NCBI GenBank assembly: GCA_963727895.1
Contig: CAVSHT010000003.1
Location: 224,001 to 288,000, forward strand
Source of the DNA: an uncultured Methanosarcinaceae archaeon
GTDB lineage: Archaea; Halobacteriota; Methanosarcinia; Methanosarcinales; Methanosarcinaceae
Length of the DNA: 64,000 nt
Direction: 5' to 3'
Both the position numbers and the translations under genes were made by a program. Shown here one piece after another: positions 54,698 through 64,000 of this stretch (its first letter is position 1; each line of letters starts with the position of its first letter). The notes beneath the pieces were generated by a model. The model had not been told where the DNA came from, did not search any database, and saw only the letters and a program-made list of their open reading frames with translations.

Positions 54698-56107
54698 TCA
54701 CTGTTCTTTCAAATATTCATCAATTGCTTTTGCGGCTTTCTTGCCTGCGCCCATTGCACTGATAACGGTTGCTGCGCCTGTGACTACATCTCCACCTGCA
54801 AAGACTCCGCACTTTGAGGTTGCACCGGTTTCTTCGTCTGCAATTACAGTACCTCTCTTGTTCTGGTCAAGACCTTCTGAACCTTTGAAGATCATCGGGT
54901 TTGGAGAAGTACCAATTGCAATAACCACTACATCAGCAGGGATTGTGAATTCCGAACCTTCTACAGGGACAGGGCTTCTTCTTCCAGATTTATCAGGTTC
55001 GCCAAGTTCCATTTTAATGCATTCAACGGCTGTAGCATTGAACTTTTCGTCACCAAGAATGCGGACAGGGTTTGTAAGGAGCCTGAAGGTTATGCCTTCT
55101 TCTTTAGCGTGCTCGATTTCTTCCCTGCGGGCTGGCATCTCATCTTCCCCACGTCGGTAGACTATGCTTACCTCATTAGCGCCCAGACGAAGAGCTGAAC
55201 GAGCGGCGTCCATTGCCACATTTCCGCCTCCAACGACCACAACACGCTTTCCTAGCCTGACTCTGGTATCATATTCTGGGTCATAGGCTTTCATGAAGTT
55301 TACGCGGGTAAGAAACTCGTTTGCAGAATATACGCCGTTGAAGTTTTCTCCTGGAATTCCCATAAAGCTTGGGAGGCCTGCGCCTGTGCCAAGGAAAACT
55401 GCATCGAATTCGTCACAGAGTTCATCTAAAGTCTTGATCCTGCCAATTATATAGTTGGGCTTGAACTCGACTCCAAGCTGTTTTATGTAGTCAATTTCCT
55501 GATGCACAATTTCCTTTGGTAATCTAAATTCGGGAATGCCGTAACTCAATACTCCGCCAGCCTTGTGGAGAGATTCAAAAACTGTGACTTTGTGCCCCAT
55601 CTTTGCAAGATCTGCTGCGGCAGTAAGCCCTGCAGGACCTGAACCTACAACAGCTACTTTCTTTCCTGTAGGTTCCGAAACTTCAGGAACCTTCACTCCC
55701 TGCTGGCGTTCGTAGTCGGCACAGAAACGTTCGAGTCTTCCTATTGCTACCGGCTGTCCTTTCTTTCCGAGCACGCATAGAGCTTCGCACTGAGTTTCCT
55801 GAGGGCATACACGGCCACAAATTGCAGGAAGTGCATTTGTGCCTTTAATTTTTTCTATTGCTCCTGAGAAGTCTTCTTCGCAGATTAACTTGATAAAACC
55901 TGGAATATCGACATTTACAGGGCAGCCTTCAACACATTTTGGTTCCTTGCAGGAAAGGCAACGAGAGGCTTCAGCCAGAGCGTCTTCTTTCGTGTAGCCA
56001 AGGGCTACTTCATTAAAATTCTTTCTGCGCTCTTCTGCAGGCTGTTCTGGCATTGGGGTTCTTTCTTTCTTTGCCTTTACTGTTTTTTCTCCATTTAGTT
56101 CTTGCAT
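54698..56107 (-). CDS. nfnB: NfnB/SudA (GltD-like) flavoprotein subunit of NADH-dependent ferredoxin:NADP+ oxidoreductase
   Basis: RCLSC ... CVEGCP, CGRVCPQETQCE, GSGPAG, YGIPEFRLP, GGGNVAMD, AGGDVVTG. Confidence 0.88.
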   Translation of the reverse strand: MQELNGEKTVKAKKERTPMPEQPAEERRKNFNEVALGYTKEDALAEASRCLSCKEPKCVEGCPVNVDIPGFIKLICEEDFSGAIEKIKGTNALPAICGRVCPQETQCEALCVLGKKGQPVAIGRLERFCADYERQQGVKVPEVSEPTGKKVAVVGSGPAGLTAAADLAKMGHKVTVFESLHKAGGVLSYGIPEFRLPKEIVHQEIDYIKQLGVEFKPNYIIGRIKTLDELCDEFDAVFLGTGAGLPSFMGIPGENFNGVYSANEFLTRVNFMKAYDPEYDTRVRLGKRVVVVGGGNVAMDAARSALRLGANEVSIVYRRGEDEMPARREEIEHAKEEGITFRLLTNPVRILGDEKFNATAVECIKMELGEPDKSGRRSPVPVEGSEFTIPADVVVIAIGTSPNPMIFKGSEGLDQNKRGTVIADEETGATSKCGVFAGGDVVTGAATVISAMGAGKKAAKAIDEYLKEQ

Positions 56108-56127
56108 TTTTTCATCCCCTTCTTATA

Positions 56128-56973
56128 TCAGTGCAGTCCACACCTGCATTTCTCTTCATAATTCTCCACAGCTTTTGTCTCTTCGCCACGGTACATTGAA
56201 AGCCTGTTCATGAGTTCTACAAAATCGACTTTTCTTGCGTCAAATTCAGGTCCATCAACGCAGGTGAATCTTGTTTTTCCGTCAACTGTAACCCTGCATC
56301 CGCCGCACATACCTGTTCCATCCACCATAATGGAGTTAAGGCTGACCAGAATTTCAACATCATAAGGAGAAGCTACTCCGGCTCCTACTTTCATCATTAT
56401 TGGAGGTCCGATAATCACAACTCTTGCAACTTTTTCTCCGCTGCCCAGAATCTGTCTCATTATATCGGTCACAAATCCATGGTGTCCTTTTGAGCCGTCA
56501 TCAGTTGCAATATATAGTTCAGAGCTGGCATTTTTCATTTCCTCTTCAAGGATAAGAAGATCTTTGTTCCGGGCTCCTATAATGGAAATTACCTTGTTTC
56601 CCGCTTTGCTATAAGCTTTTGCCTGGGGATAGGCCGGGGCAACTCCTACACCTCCTCCTACAAGGATAACAGTGCCGAGTTTCCTTATATCGGAAGGAGT
56701 GCCAAGAGGCCCGACAAAGTCTTCCAGAAACTCGCCTGCGGAGAGTTTTGCAAGCTGTTTTGTAGTCTTTCCCATCTCTTGAAATATTATAGTTACTGTA
56801 CCTTCATCTTTTTCAAAATCAGCAATTGTAAAGGGAACTCTTTCCCCATTTTCATCAATTCTAAGGATTATGAACTGTCCGGCTTTTGCAGCCTTCGCCA
56901 CATCAGGAGCATCTATTACCATCCTGTGCACTGATGGGGAAATTTCTTCTTTTTTAAGTATTTTATATGCCAT
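56128..56973 (-). CDS. nfnA: NfnA/SudB (PyrK-like) subunit
   Basis: GQFIILR ... ERVPFTI, GPLG, GGGVG, MVDGTGMCGGCR ... CVDGPEF 2Fe-2S motif. Confidence 0.9.
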   Translation of the reverse strand: MAYKILKKEEISPSVHRMVIDAPDVAKAAKAGQFIILRIDENGERVPFTIADFEKDEGTVTIIFQEMGKTTKQLAKLSAGEFLEDFVGPLGTPSDIRKLGTVILVGGGVGVAPAYPQAKAYSKAGNKVISIIGARNKDLLILEEEMKNASSELYIATDDGSKGHHGFVTDIMRQILGSGEKVARVVIIGPPIMMKVGAGVASPYDVEILVSLNSIMVDGTGMCGGCRVTVDGKTRFTCVDGPEFDARKVDFVELMNRLSMYRGEETKAVENYEEKCRCGLH

Positions 56974-57538
56974 GAGATCACATTTTCCTAAGTAAAAGTA
57001 ATTTTGAATAAAGGAATCGGTTAATCTTAATATAGAGGATTTACTCTCAGTTTTTCCTGACTCCCGAGTTTTCAGCTCGGACGATCTCCTTATATTGATT
57101 AATGAGATATATATTCTCCCAAATAATTTTAATTATTTTTCAGTATATATTTTGTTTTTTGATTCTAAGTTCCAGTCCTTTCAATACTTCTTTTTTAAAA
57201 AGAGTTTTGGAATTCTTCAACTTTTTTACAATTATTGCAATAATTTAATAAATATAGTGGGTATACTAACATTAAGGGATAATTCCTGAAACGGTTCATT
57301 CAGGAGGTGGATTGGCAAAGAGTGGATAAAGTAAAATATATAAATATCCATATATTAGGTAAATATCCAGATATATAACCAATTTTTGGCTGTATTTGGA
57401 CTTGAAAGCTTAAAATCTTTGCTTGAATGAAAAATTCGTCTGCTGTATTGTTAATAAAGAGCTGGCAATTTCGTTTTGGAAGGCGGATTAAGGGGAAAGC
57501 TCAACTGAGATAATTTATGCATAATGGGGGTTAAACAA

Positions 57539-57679
57539 ATGCCTGAAGAAAGAAGAGAAGGTACAAAGGGAGAAAAAGTAGAGAAAATAGAAGGGGAAGA
57601 AGTAGCTGACATCGATCCAATTCATCCTACTGAAGCACGGGGCGGCAAGAAGAGATCACTCCTTGATACCTGTAAATAA
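57539..57679 (+). CDS. Unannotated small protein (46 aa)
   Basis: GGGGGT RBS 7 nt before ATG; purine-rich GAA/AAA codon pattern; followed by oligo-T tracts. Confidence 0.55.
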   Translation: MPEERREGTKGEKVEKIEGEEVADIDPIHPTEARGGKKRSLLDTCK

Positions 57680-57974
57680 TCTAACTTATTTTTCATTTTT
57701 TGGTAGGGATAATATGATCCCGAGTTGAACATTTTTGCTTTTTGCTCTATTTTTACTATTTTTCGATTTCGTCTTTTTTAAAAAGAGTTTCTTGCCTTTC
57801 ATTCAAGGCGTGAATATATTCAGTTATTTTCCAGGCAAAGTTTATTTAATGACTTTCATTATATATTACACAATCTCGTATTTTCAGTCTATTGATTATC
57901 TCTTTATTAAGCTAATCTATAAACTTCCAATTCAATGAGTAAGATTGCCTACGTTTTAACAATCCTTCAAGGAG

Positions 57975-59351
57975 ATGACAGGTATAAAATCAATAATTCT
58001 TGCAGGCGGCTCAGGAACTCGACTTTGGCCTCTAAGCCGTGAAATGTATCCCAAGCAGTTTTTAAAATTTGGAAATACTTCCCTCTTCCAGGAAACTGTT
58101 CTTCGCTGCCTTGAAATTTCTGATATTTCAGAAATCTTTGTTGTAACGAATGAAGCTCAAAAGTTTTTTGTAATAGGCCAGATTAAGGAAATTGGGTACT
58201 CTATCCCTCCAGAAAACATTTTAATTGAGCCTGAAGGCAAGAATACTCTCCCTGCAATCTTCTTTGGAATGAAAGAAATTGAAAAAAAATTTGGGCCTTC
58301 TGTAGTAGGAATCTTTTCTTCGGATCATATCCTTGATAAAACTGCAATGCAGACAATCTCTTCAGCTGAAGAGCTCATTTCAGATTATCTGGTTACTTTT
58401 GGAGTTGTTCCTACTTTCCCTCATACCGGATATGGGTATATCAAACCCTCAGAAGCATGTTTACTAGGTTATAAGGTCTCAGGATTCAGAGAAAAACCGG
58501 ATCTAGAGACTGCAGAAAAATACATTCAGGAAGGTTGTCTCTGGAATAGCGGAATGTTCCTTTTCGAAACTGGGCTTTTCTTTGAAGAAGTTAAAAAACA
58601 TGCACCTTCGGTTTTCGCCTGTTTTGAGAGTGGAAAAAATATTAATGAAATTTATGCATGTGTGGACAAAATTTCCATTGATTATGGGATAATGGAAAAG
58701 TCGGATAAGGTTGCAGTCGTAAAGCTGGAGCATAAATGGGGTGATCTTGGGAATTTTGCGGCAATATATGACGAGTTTGAAAAAGATTCAGTAGGAAATG
58801 TGGTTCATGAATGTGATCCTCTTCTGCTCAATTCTGATGGAAATTTTGTGTATTCAAGACCAGGTAAGATTGTCTCACTCATCGATGTCAAAGATATGGT
58901 TGTTGTCGATACCAGCGATGCTCTGCTAGTCTGTCCTAAATCAAGTAGTCAAAAGGTAAAGGAGATTGTCTCTACACTTAAAGATAGGGATGATGAAAGA
59001 GCATACATAGGGCAGACCGTTTACAGGCCCTGGGGTTCATATACTTTACTTGAGACATCTGCTGAACACAAAATTAAAAATATTACTGTGCTTCCTGATC
59101 ATAAGTTAAGCCTCCAGTTGCATTACCATCGAAGTGAACACTGGGTTATTGTTAAAGGGATGGCCTGTGTGGAAATTAAAGATAGGCAGTTTTTCCTGAG
59201 ACCCGGAGAGAGTACTTTTATCCGTGCAGGAGAAAAACACAGATTATCTAATCCCGGAAAAATTCCACTTGAGATTATTGAAGTTCAGCTCGGAGAACTT
59301 GTAGACGAAGAGGATATTGTCAGGTTTGATGATGTATATGGGAGGAGCTGA
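57975..59351 (+). CDS. manC: Mannose-1-phosphate guanylyltransferase / mannose-6-phosphate isomerase
   Basis: LAGGSGTRLWPLSR..PKQF, EPEGKNT, WNSGMF, SIDYGIME, C-terminal cupin RPWG ... LSLQLHYHRSEHW. Confidence 0.95.
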   Translation: MTGIKSIILAGGSGTRLWPLSREMYPKQFLKFGNTSLFQETVLRCLEISDISEIFVVTNEAQKFFVIGQIKEIGYSIPPENILIEPEGKNTLPAIFFGMKEIEKKFGPSVVGIFSSDHILDKTAMQTISSAEELISDYLVTFGVVPTFPHTGYGYIKPSEACLLGYKVSGFREKPDLETAEKYIQEGCLWNSGMFLFETGLFFEEVKKHAPSVFACFESGKNINEIYACVDKISIDYGIMEKSDKVAVVKLEHKWGDLGNFAAIYDEFEKDSVGNVVHECDPLLLNSDGNFVYSRPGKIVSLIDVKDMVVVDTSDALLVCPKSSSQKVKEIVSTLKDRDDERAYIGQTVYRPWGSYTLLETSAEHKIKNITVLPDHKLSLQLHYHRSEHWVIVKGMACVEIKDRQFFLRPGESTFIRAGEKHRLSNPGKIPLEIIEVQLGELVDEEDIVRFDDVYGRS

Positions 59352-59356
59352 TAAAG

Positions 59357-59908
59357 GTGGATGTTATAAAAACGAAAATTAAAGATCTTTGTATACTTGA
59401 ACCTACAGTTTTTAGGGATGATAGGGGTTATTTTTTTGAAAGTTATAATAAAAAAACCCTGGATGACCTTTTAGGAAAAGAGTATACTTTTGTTCAGGAT
59501 AACGAATCAAAGTCATCTTATGGAGTAATTCGTGGTTTACACTATCAACTGGCTCCTTTTAGTCAGTCGAAACTCGTAAGAGTTTTGCAAGGAACAGTAT
59601 ACGATGTTGCAGTAGATCTAAGGAAAAATTCCCCTACTTTTCTAGAATGGGTTGGAGTTGAACTTTCAGGTGAAAATAAAAGGCAGTTTTTAATTCCTAA
59701 AGGCTTTGCTCATGGATTTTCTGTACTAAGTGAAACTGCCATTTTTCAATACAAATGTGATGAATACTACCATCCTGAGGCTGAAGCAGGAATTATCTAT
59801 AATGATCCATCACTCAATATTGACTGGAAAATAAAAGCCGAGGATCTAAAGCACTCTCCAAAAGATCTGCTACTCCCCAAATTAGAAGATGCCACGATGA
59901 ATTTTTAA
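59357..59908 (+). CDS. rfbC: dTDP-4-dehydrorhamnose 3,5-epimerase
   Basis: DDRGYFFES, FVQDNES, RGLHYQ, DVAVDLR, PKGFAHGF. Confidence 0.96.
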   Translation: MDVIKTKIKDLCILEPTVFRDDRGYFFESYNKKTLDDLLGKEYTFVQDNESKSSYGVIRGLHYQLAPFSQSKLVRVLQGTVYDVAVDLRKNSPTFLEWVGVELSGENKRQFLIPKGFAHGFSVLSETAIFQYKCDEYYHPEAEAGIIYNDPSLNIDWKIKAEDLKHSPKDLLLPKLEDATMNF

Positions 59909-60019
59909 AGCTTAGGCAAATTTTATTCCCTGATCACAATTTATCCATTAATTCTAATTTATAGCATTGTATTTCTATTAACCTATTAACTATTTATCTT
60001 ATACCAAGAGGTGGCCTAA

Positions 60020-60976
60020 ATGAGACTTCTAGTTACAGGAGGTTGCGGATTCATAGGCAGCAACTTTATCCATTACCTGCTTGAAAAGTATCCCAACTAT
60101 CAAATTGTAATTTTTGACAAGTTAACTTATGCCGGAAATCTTACCAGTCTCAAAGATGTTGAAGATAATCCAAATTACTCTTTTGTTCAAGGAGATATCT
60201 GTGATTCGATAGCTGTTAATGAGGTAATGAAAGAAGTTGATTGTGTTGTACATTTCGCAGCCGAAAGCCATGTTGACCGATCTATTGAAGATGGCTCTGT
60301 TTTCGTAAGAACAAATGTATTGGGGACAAATACTCTTCTGCAAAGTGCACTTGCACATAATATAAAGAAATTTATCCATATTTCAACTGATGAAGTATAT
60401 GGTAGCATTAAAGAAGGTTCTTTTAATGAAAAAGATAACCTGAATCCTTCAAGTCCTTATTCTTCAAGCAAAGCAGGTTCCGATCTTCTTGCAATGTCTT
60501 ATTATACAACATACGGTCTTCCTGTTTGTATAACCCGTTGCACTAATAATTTTGGGCCTTATCAGTACCCTGAAAAATTAATTCCATTTTTTATCAGTAG
60601 ATTAATGGAAGGAAAAAAGGTACCTGTTTATGGTACTGGTCTCAATATTCGGGACTGGATTTATGTGGAAGACCACTGTTCTGCAGTGGATTTTGTCCTT
60701 CACAATGGAACCAGCGGAGAAATCTATAATATAGATGGTGGAAACGAGCTTACAAACCTTGAAATCACTTACCGTATTCTTAAAATGCTTGGTAAAGACG
60801 AGTCTTCAATTGAATATGTTGAAGACCGAAAAGGTCATGATTTCCGGTATTCTCTTGATGGAAGCAAGCTCGAAAATATGGGATGGACACCAAAATATGA
60901 TTTTGATACTGCCCTTGAGCAAACAGTCAAATGGTATGTTGAAAATCGATGGTGGTGGGAACCATTAAAACGCTGA
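60020..60976 (+). CDS. rfbB: dTDP-glucose 4,6-dehydratase
   Basis: TGGCGFIGSNF, DKLTYAGN, AAESHVDRSI, STDEVYG, YSSSK, PEKLIP. Confidence 0.96.
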   Translation: MRLLVTGGCGFIGSNFIHYLLEKYPNYQIVIFDKLTYAGNLTSLKDVEDNPNYSFVQGDICDSIAVNEVMKEVDCVVHFAAESHVDRSIEDGSVFVRTNVLGTNTLLQSALAHNIKKFIHISTDEVYGSIKEGSFNEKDNLNPSSPYSSSKAGSDLLAMSYYTTYGLPVCITRCTNNFGPYQYPEKLIPFFISRLMEGKKVPVYGTGLNIRDWIYVEDHCSAVDFVLHNGTSGEIYNIDGGNELTNLEITYRILKMLGKDESSIEYVEDRKGHDFRYSLDGSKLENMGWTPKYDFDTALEQTVKWYVENRWWWEPLKR

Positions 60977-61761
60977 TCATCGGTGCCGATGGTATGCTTG
61001 GATTCGATCTTTGTAAAGTATTTCCGGATGCAGTAAAACTGACACATGAAGACATTGACATTACAGATAGAGAGCAGGTATTGCAGTCCATCCAAAAAAT
61101 AAATCCTAAGCTCGTTATCAATGCCGCTGCTTACACCAATGTTGACGGCTGCGAAGACAACCAGGAATTGGCATTCAAGGTTAACGGATATGGACCTGGA
61201 TATATTGCTGAAGCCTGTAACAAAATAGGTGCAACACTTATACACTTCAGCACAGACTACGTATTTAACGGATCAAAAAAAGAGTATACAGAATCCGATA
61301 TTCCTGCTGATCCTATTAATGTATACGGGCGTTCAAAACTTCTTGGTGAACAGAAGATCGCTGAAAATATGGATGACTATCGAATTATCCGGATTTCCTG
61401 GCTTTTTGGTACTCACGGAAAAAATTTTGTAGAAACAATATTGAAACTCTCTGGTGAAATAAAAAAAGTCAAAGTTGTTAATGATCAATTTGGAAAACCC
61501 ACCTATACAGTAGATCTAGCTAATAAGATCGCCGAGATTGCTGAACTTGAAGCCGGTATATACCATGTGACAAATGATGGTATATGTTCCTGGTACGAGC
61601 TTGCATCTGCTGTTATAAATAATACTGTTCCATGTACAAGTGAAGAATTTCCAAAAAAAGCTAGACGTCCAAAGTATTCGGTTCTTGTAAATACTAAAAC
61701 CAAGCCTATGAGGCACTGGAAAGATGCACTTAAATATTATCTAAAGGAGAGAAATACATGA
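60949..61761 (+). CDS. rfbD: dTDP-4-dehydrorhamnose reductase
   Basis: GADGMLG, NAAAYTNVD, STDYVF, YGRSKLLGE, DQFGKPT. Confidence 0.95.
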   Translation: MVVGTIKTLIIGADGMLGFDLCKVFPDAVKLTHEDIDITDREQVLQSIQKINPKLVINAAAYTNVDGCEDNQELAFKVNGYGPGYIAEACNKIGATLIHFSTDYVFNGSKKEYTESDIPADPINVYGRSKLLGEQKIAENMDDYRIIRISWLFGTHGKNFVETILKLSGEIKKVKVVNDQFGKPTYTVDLANKIAEIAELEAGIYHVTNDGICSWYELASAVINNTVPCTSEEFPKKARRPKYSVLVNTKTKPMRHWKDALKYYLKERNT

Positions 61762-62474
61762 AAGGCATAATACTCGCAGGCGGTACTGGAAGCAGATTAT
61801 ACCCTCTGACTAAGGTTACAAACAAACACCTGTTACCTGTTTATGATAAACCAATGATCTATTATCCTATCCAGACTCTTATTAACGCAGGCATCAAGGA
61901 AATAATGATCGTATCCGGTCGAGGTCATGCAGGGCATTTTCTTGAGCTTCTGGGATCAGGTATAGATCTCGGGGTTAAATTTACATATGAAATCCAGGAA
62001 GAAGCTGGTGGAATTGCACAGGCTTTAGGTCTTGCAGAGCGTTTTGCTGATGAAGATGATGTAACAGTGATCCTTGGGGATAATATTTTCCAGGATAACA
62101 TTAAAGAGGATGTCTCGAAATTTACAGGTGGTGCCAAGATCTTCTTAAAAGAAGTGCAGGATGCTCACAGGTTTGGAGTGGCTGAACTTAACGGTGACAA
62201 GGTAATAGGGATTCAGGAAAAACCTCATGATCCAAAAAGTAATTTTGCAGTTACCGGTCTTTATATATATAGCAATAGTGTATTCAAAACCGTTAAAACC
62301 CTTAAGCCTTCTGCACGAGGGGAACTTGAAATCACTGATGTCAACAATTATTTTGTTAATAATGAGACTATGGAATATCGCATTCTGGACGGTTTCTGGA
62401 GTGATGCAGGTACGTTTGAGAGTTTATTAAGAGCCGGAGTACTTATTCAGAAACACAGTAAAAACATGGAGTAA
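61758..62474 (+). CDS. rfbA: Glucose-1-phosphate thymidylyltransferase (short form)
   Basis: LAGGTGSRLYPLT ... KHLLPVYDKPMI, LGDN, EKP, SARGELEITD, WSDAGT. Confidence 0.9.
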   Translation: MKGIILAGGTGSRLYPLTKVTNKHLLPVYDKPMIYYPIQTLINAGIKEIMIVSGRGHAGHFLELLGSGIDLGVKFTYEIQEEAGGIAQALGLAERFADEDDVTVILGDNIFQDNIKEDVSKFTGGAKIFLKEVQDAHRFGVAELNGDKVIGIQEKPHDPKSNFAVTGLYIYSNSVFKTVKTLKPSARGELEITDVNNYFVNNETMEYRILDGFWSDAGTFESLLRAGVLIQKHSKNME

Positions 62475-62480
62475 AACTCA

Positions 62481-63908
62481 TTGACTACAGTTAAAAAAAT
62501 AGCTAAGAACAATTTATTTTTACTTTCTGGTCAAGTGACAAGTTTAGTTCTTGGCTTATTTTATTTTGCTTATATGGCAGGATATTTAGGGGCCAAAAAT
62601 TTAGGAATACTGAATACAGCAATCTCTCTTACTTTAATTATCGGACTTTTAGGAGATCTTGGATTAAGCTCGTTAATGACAAGAGAAATTTCACGTAATC
62701 AGTCCCTGGCTCCCAAATATCTGGGAAATATTCTCATAGTTAAAGTCTTATTATCAGTAGTTACTTTTTTAGTTGTTGTAGTTGTAGCAAATATTCTTGG
62801 CTATTCTGAACCGGCAATACAGGTAATTTATATTATTATGTTATCTACTATTGCAACAAATTTTACTCAGGTTTTTACTGCGATTTTTCAAGCATTTGAA
62901 AGATTTGAGTTTCAATCTTTCGGTGTAATTCTAAATAGTATACTGATGACAGTAGGCATTATATTTTTAGTATACCATAAACTTGATTTAATTTACTTTT
63001 CCCTTCTTTACTTTATTGTAAACTCAATTATTTTATTATATAGTTTTTTTATTTGTCTGAAAAAATTAACATTTTTTGATTTTCACATTGATAGGGTTTT
63101 CTTGAAACAAATAATTTTAGAATCATTGCCATTCTGGTTAAATAGTGTTTTTGTTCTGATCTATTTTAAAATAGACATGGTAATGCTTTCTATTATAAGT
63201 GGGGACACTTCCGTTGGATTGTACTCAGCCTCTTACAGGTTAATAGATGCTCTTAGCTTCATACCTGTAGTTCTTATGAGTACTATGTACCCTGTATTTT
63301 CAAAATTCTATGTTAGTTCAAGAGAATCTCTGGAATTTGCTTTCAAAAAATCATTTAAATTTTTGACAATAATTGCAATTCCAATTGGTATAGGAACTAC
63401 AATTCTAGCAGAAAGAATTATCTTGTTTATATATCGCGATGTCCAATATTCTCCTTCAGCTGTCGCTTTACAAATTTTAATATGGGCAAGTGTTCTGAGT
63501 TTTATGAACTATGGTCCTTCAACCTATTTTTCTTCAACAAATAGACAGAGAGCTCTTATGATATTCACCTGCATAGGAGCGATTCTTAACATATTTTTAA
63601 ACCTTATATTAATTCCTCGATTCAGTTATAACGGAGCAGCTGTTGCAACTGTCTGTTCCGAATTAGCTGTGGGAATACTGATGATTTCTAATATACACGT
63701 ACAAAATTTATCTGGTTTATTAACTGATGTTATACTTAAATCGTTAGTTGCAGGAGCGTTTATGGGAATCTTTCTTTTAATTTTCCATAGTTTCACATTG
63801 ATATTGTTGATTTTATTTGCAGCAATTATATACTTTATTATCCTGTATATTATAAATGGTTTTGAAAAGGAAGAGGTCAATTTATTTAATCAGGTGTTTG
63901 GAAGATAA
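62481..63908 (+). CDS. Wzx-type oligosaccharide flippase
   Basis: About 14 hydrophobic segments, DLGL, KIDMVML, VGLYSASYRL, NIFLNLILIP..GAAVAT. Confidence 0.9.
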   Translation: MTTVKKIAKNNLFLLSGQVTSLVLGLFYFAYMAGYLGAKNLGILNTAISLTLIIGLLGDLGLSSLMTREISRNQSLAPKYLGNILIVKVLLSVVTFLVVVVVANILGYSEPAIQVIYIIMLSTIATNFTQVFTAIFQAFERFEFQSFGVILNSILMTVGIIFLVYHKLDLIYFSLLYFIVNSIILLYSFFICLKKLTFFDFHIDRVFLKQIILESLPFWLNSVFVLIYFKIDMVMLSIISGDTSVGLYSASYRLIDALSFIPVVLMSTMYPVFSKFYVSSRESLEFAFKKSFKFLTIIAIPIGIGTTILAERIILFIYRDVQYSPSAVALQILIWASVLSFMNYGPSTYFSSTNRQRALMIFTCIGAILNIFLNLILIPRFSYNGAAVATVCSELAVGILMISNIHVQNLSGLLTDVILKSLVAGAFMGIFLLIFHSFTLILLILFAAIIYFIILYIINGFEKEEVNLFNQVFGR

Positions 63909-63911
63909 AAA

Positions 63912-64000
63912 ATGGACTGTCCTAAAGTTATCATTATCATTCTCAACTGGAATGGTAAAGAGAATACGATAAATTGCCTTGATGCTCTCAAGCTAACAAC
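63912..64000 (+). CDS. Glycosyltransferase family 2 (5' part, truncated by window)
   Basis: MDCPKVIIIILNWNGKENTINCL is a typical GT2 N-terminus. Confidence 0.8.
   Translation, partial: MDCPKVIIIILNWNGKENTINCLDALKLT

Overview
64-kb window of an AT-rich methanogenic archaeal chromosome. Gene content and order strongly suggest Methanosarcina. The core backbone carries proS, ZPR1/sepF/PUA, ftsZ2, aCPSF1-psmB, tfe, nmd3, a complete ACDS/CODH operon (cdhABC-cooC-cdhDE), marker 12, paaK, DHH, pfdB, M42 peptidase, cimA-ilvB-ilvH-ilvC, tRNA-Arg(CCG), nfnAB and the start of a manC-rfbCBDA-flippase-GT2 glycan cluster. Superimposed is a mobile and decay layer: one dead IS630, four IS1 copies (two clearly and one probably inside small genes), a dead IS110, two related 130-bp MITEs, and broken rhomboid, HEPN-like, DUF2971-like and toxin-antitoxin genes. 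Most interesting observations: (1) the IS110 non-coding end folds like a bridge RNA and has a 9-nt match to its own inferred insertion junction; (2) a stand-alone small-RNA candidate with two C-rich loop motifs; (3) six tandem RBS+U5 units directly ahead of the termination factor aCPSF1; (4) cimA has no canonical start codon upstream of its catalytic motif; (5) mosaic IS1 copies bracket the ACDS operon. All protein calls come from motif recognition by eye; no database searches or folding programs were run.
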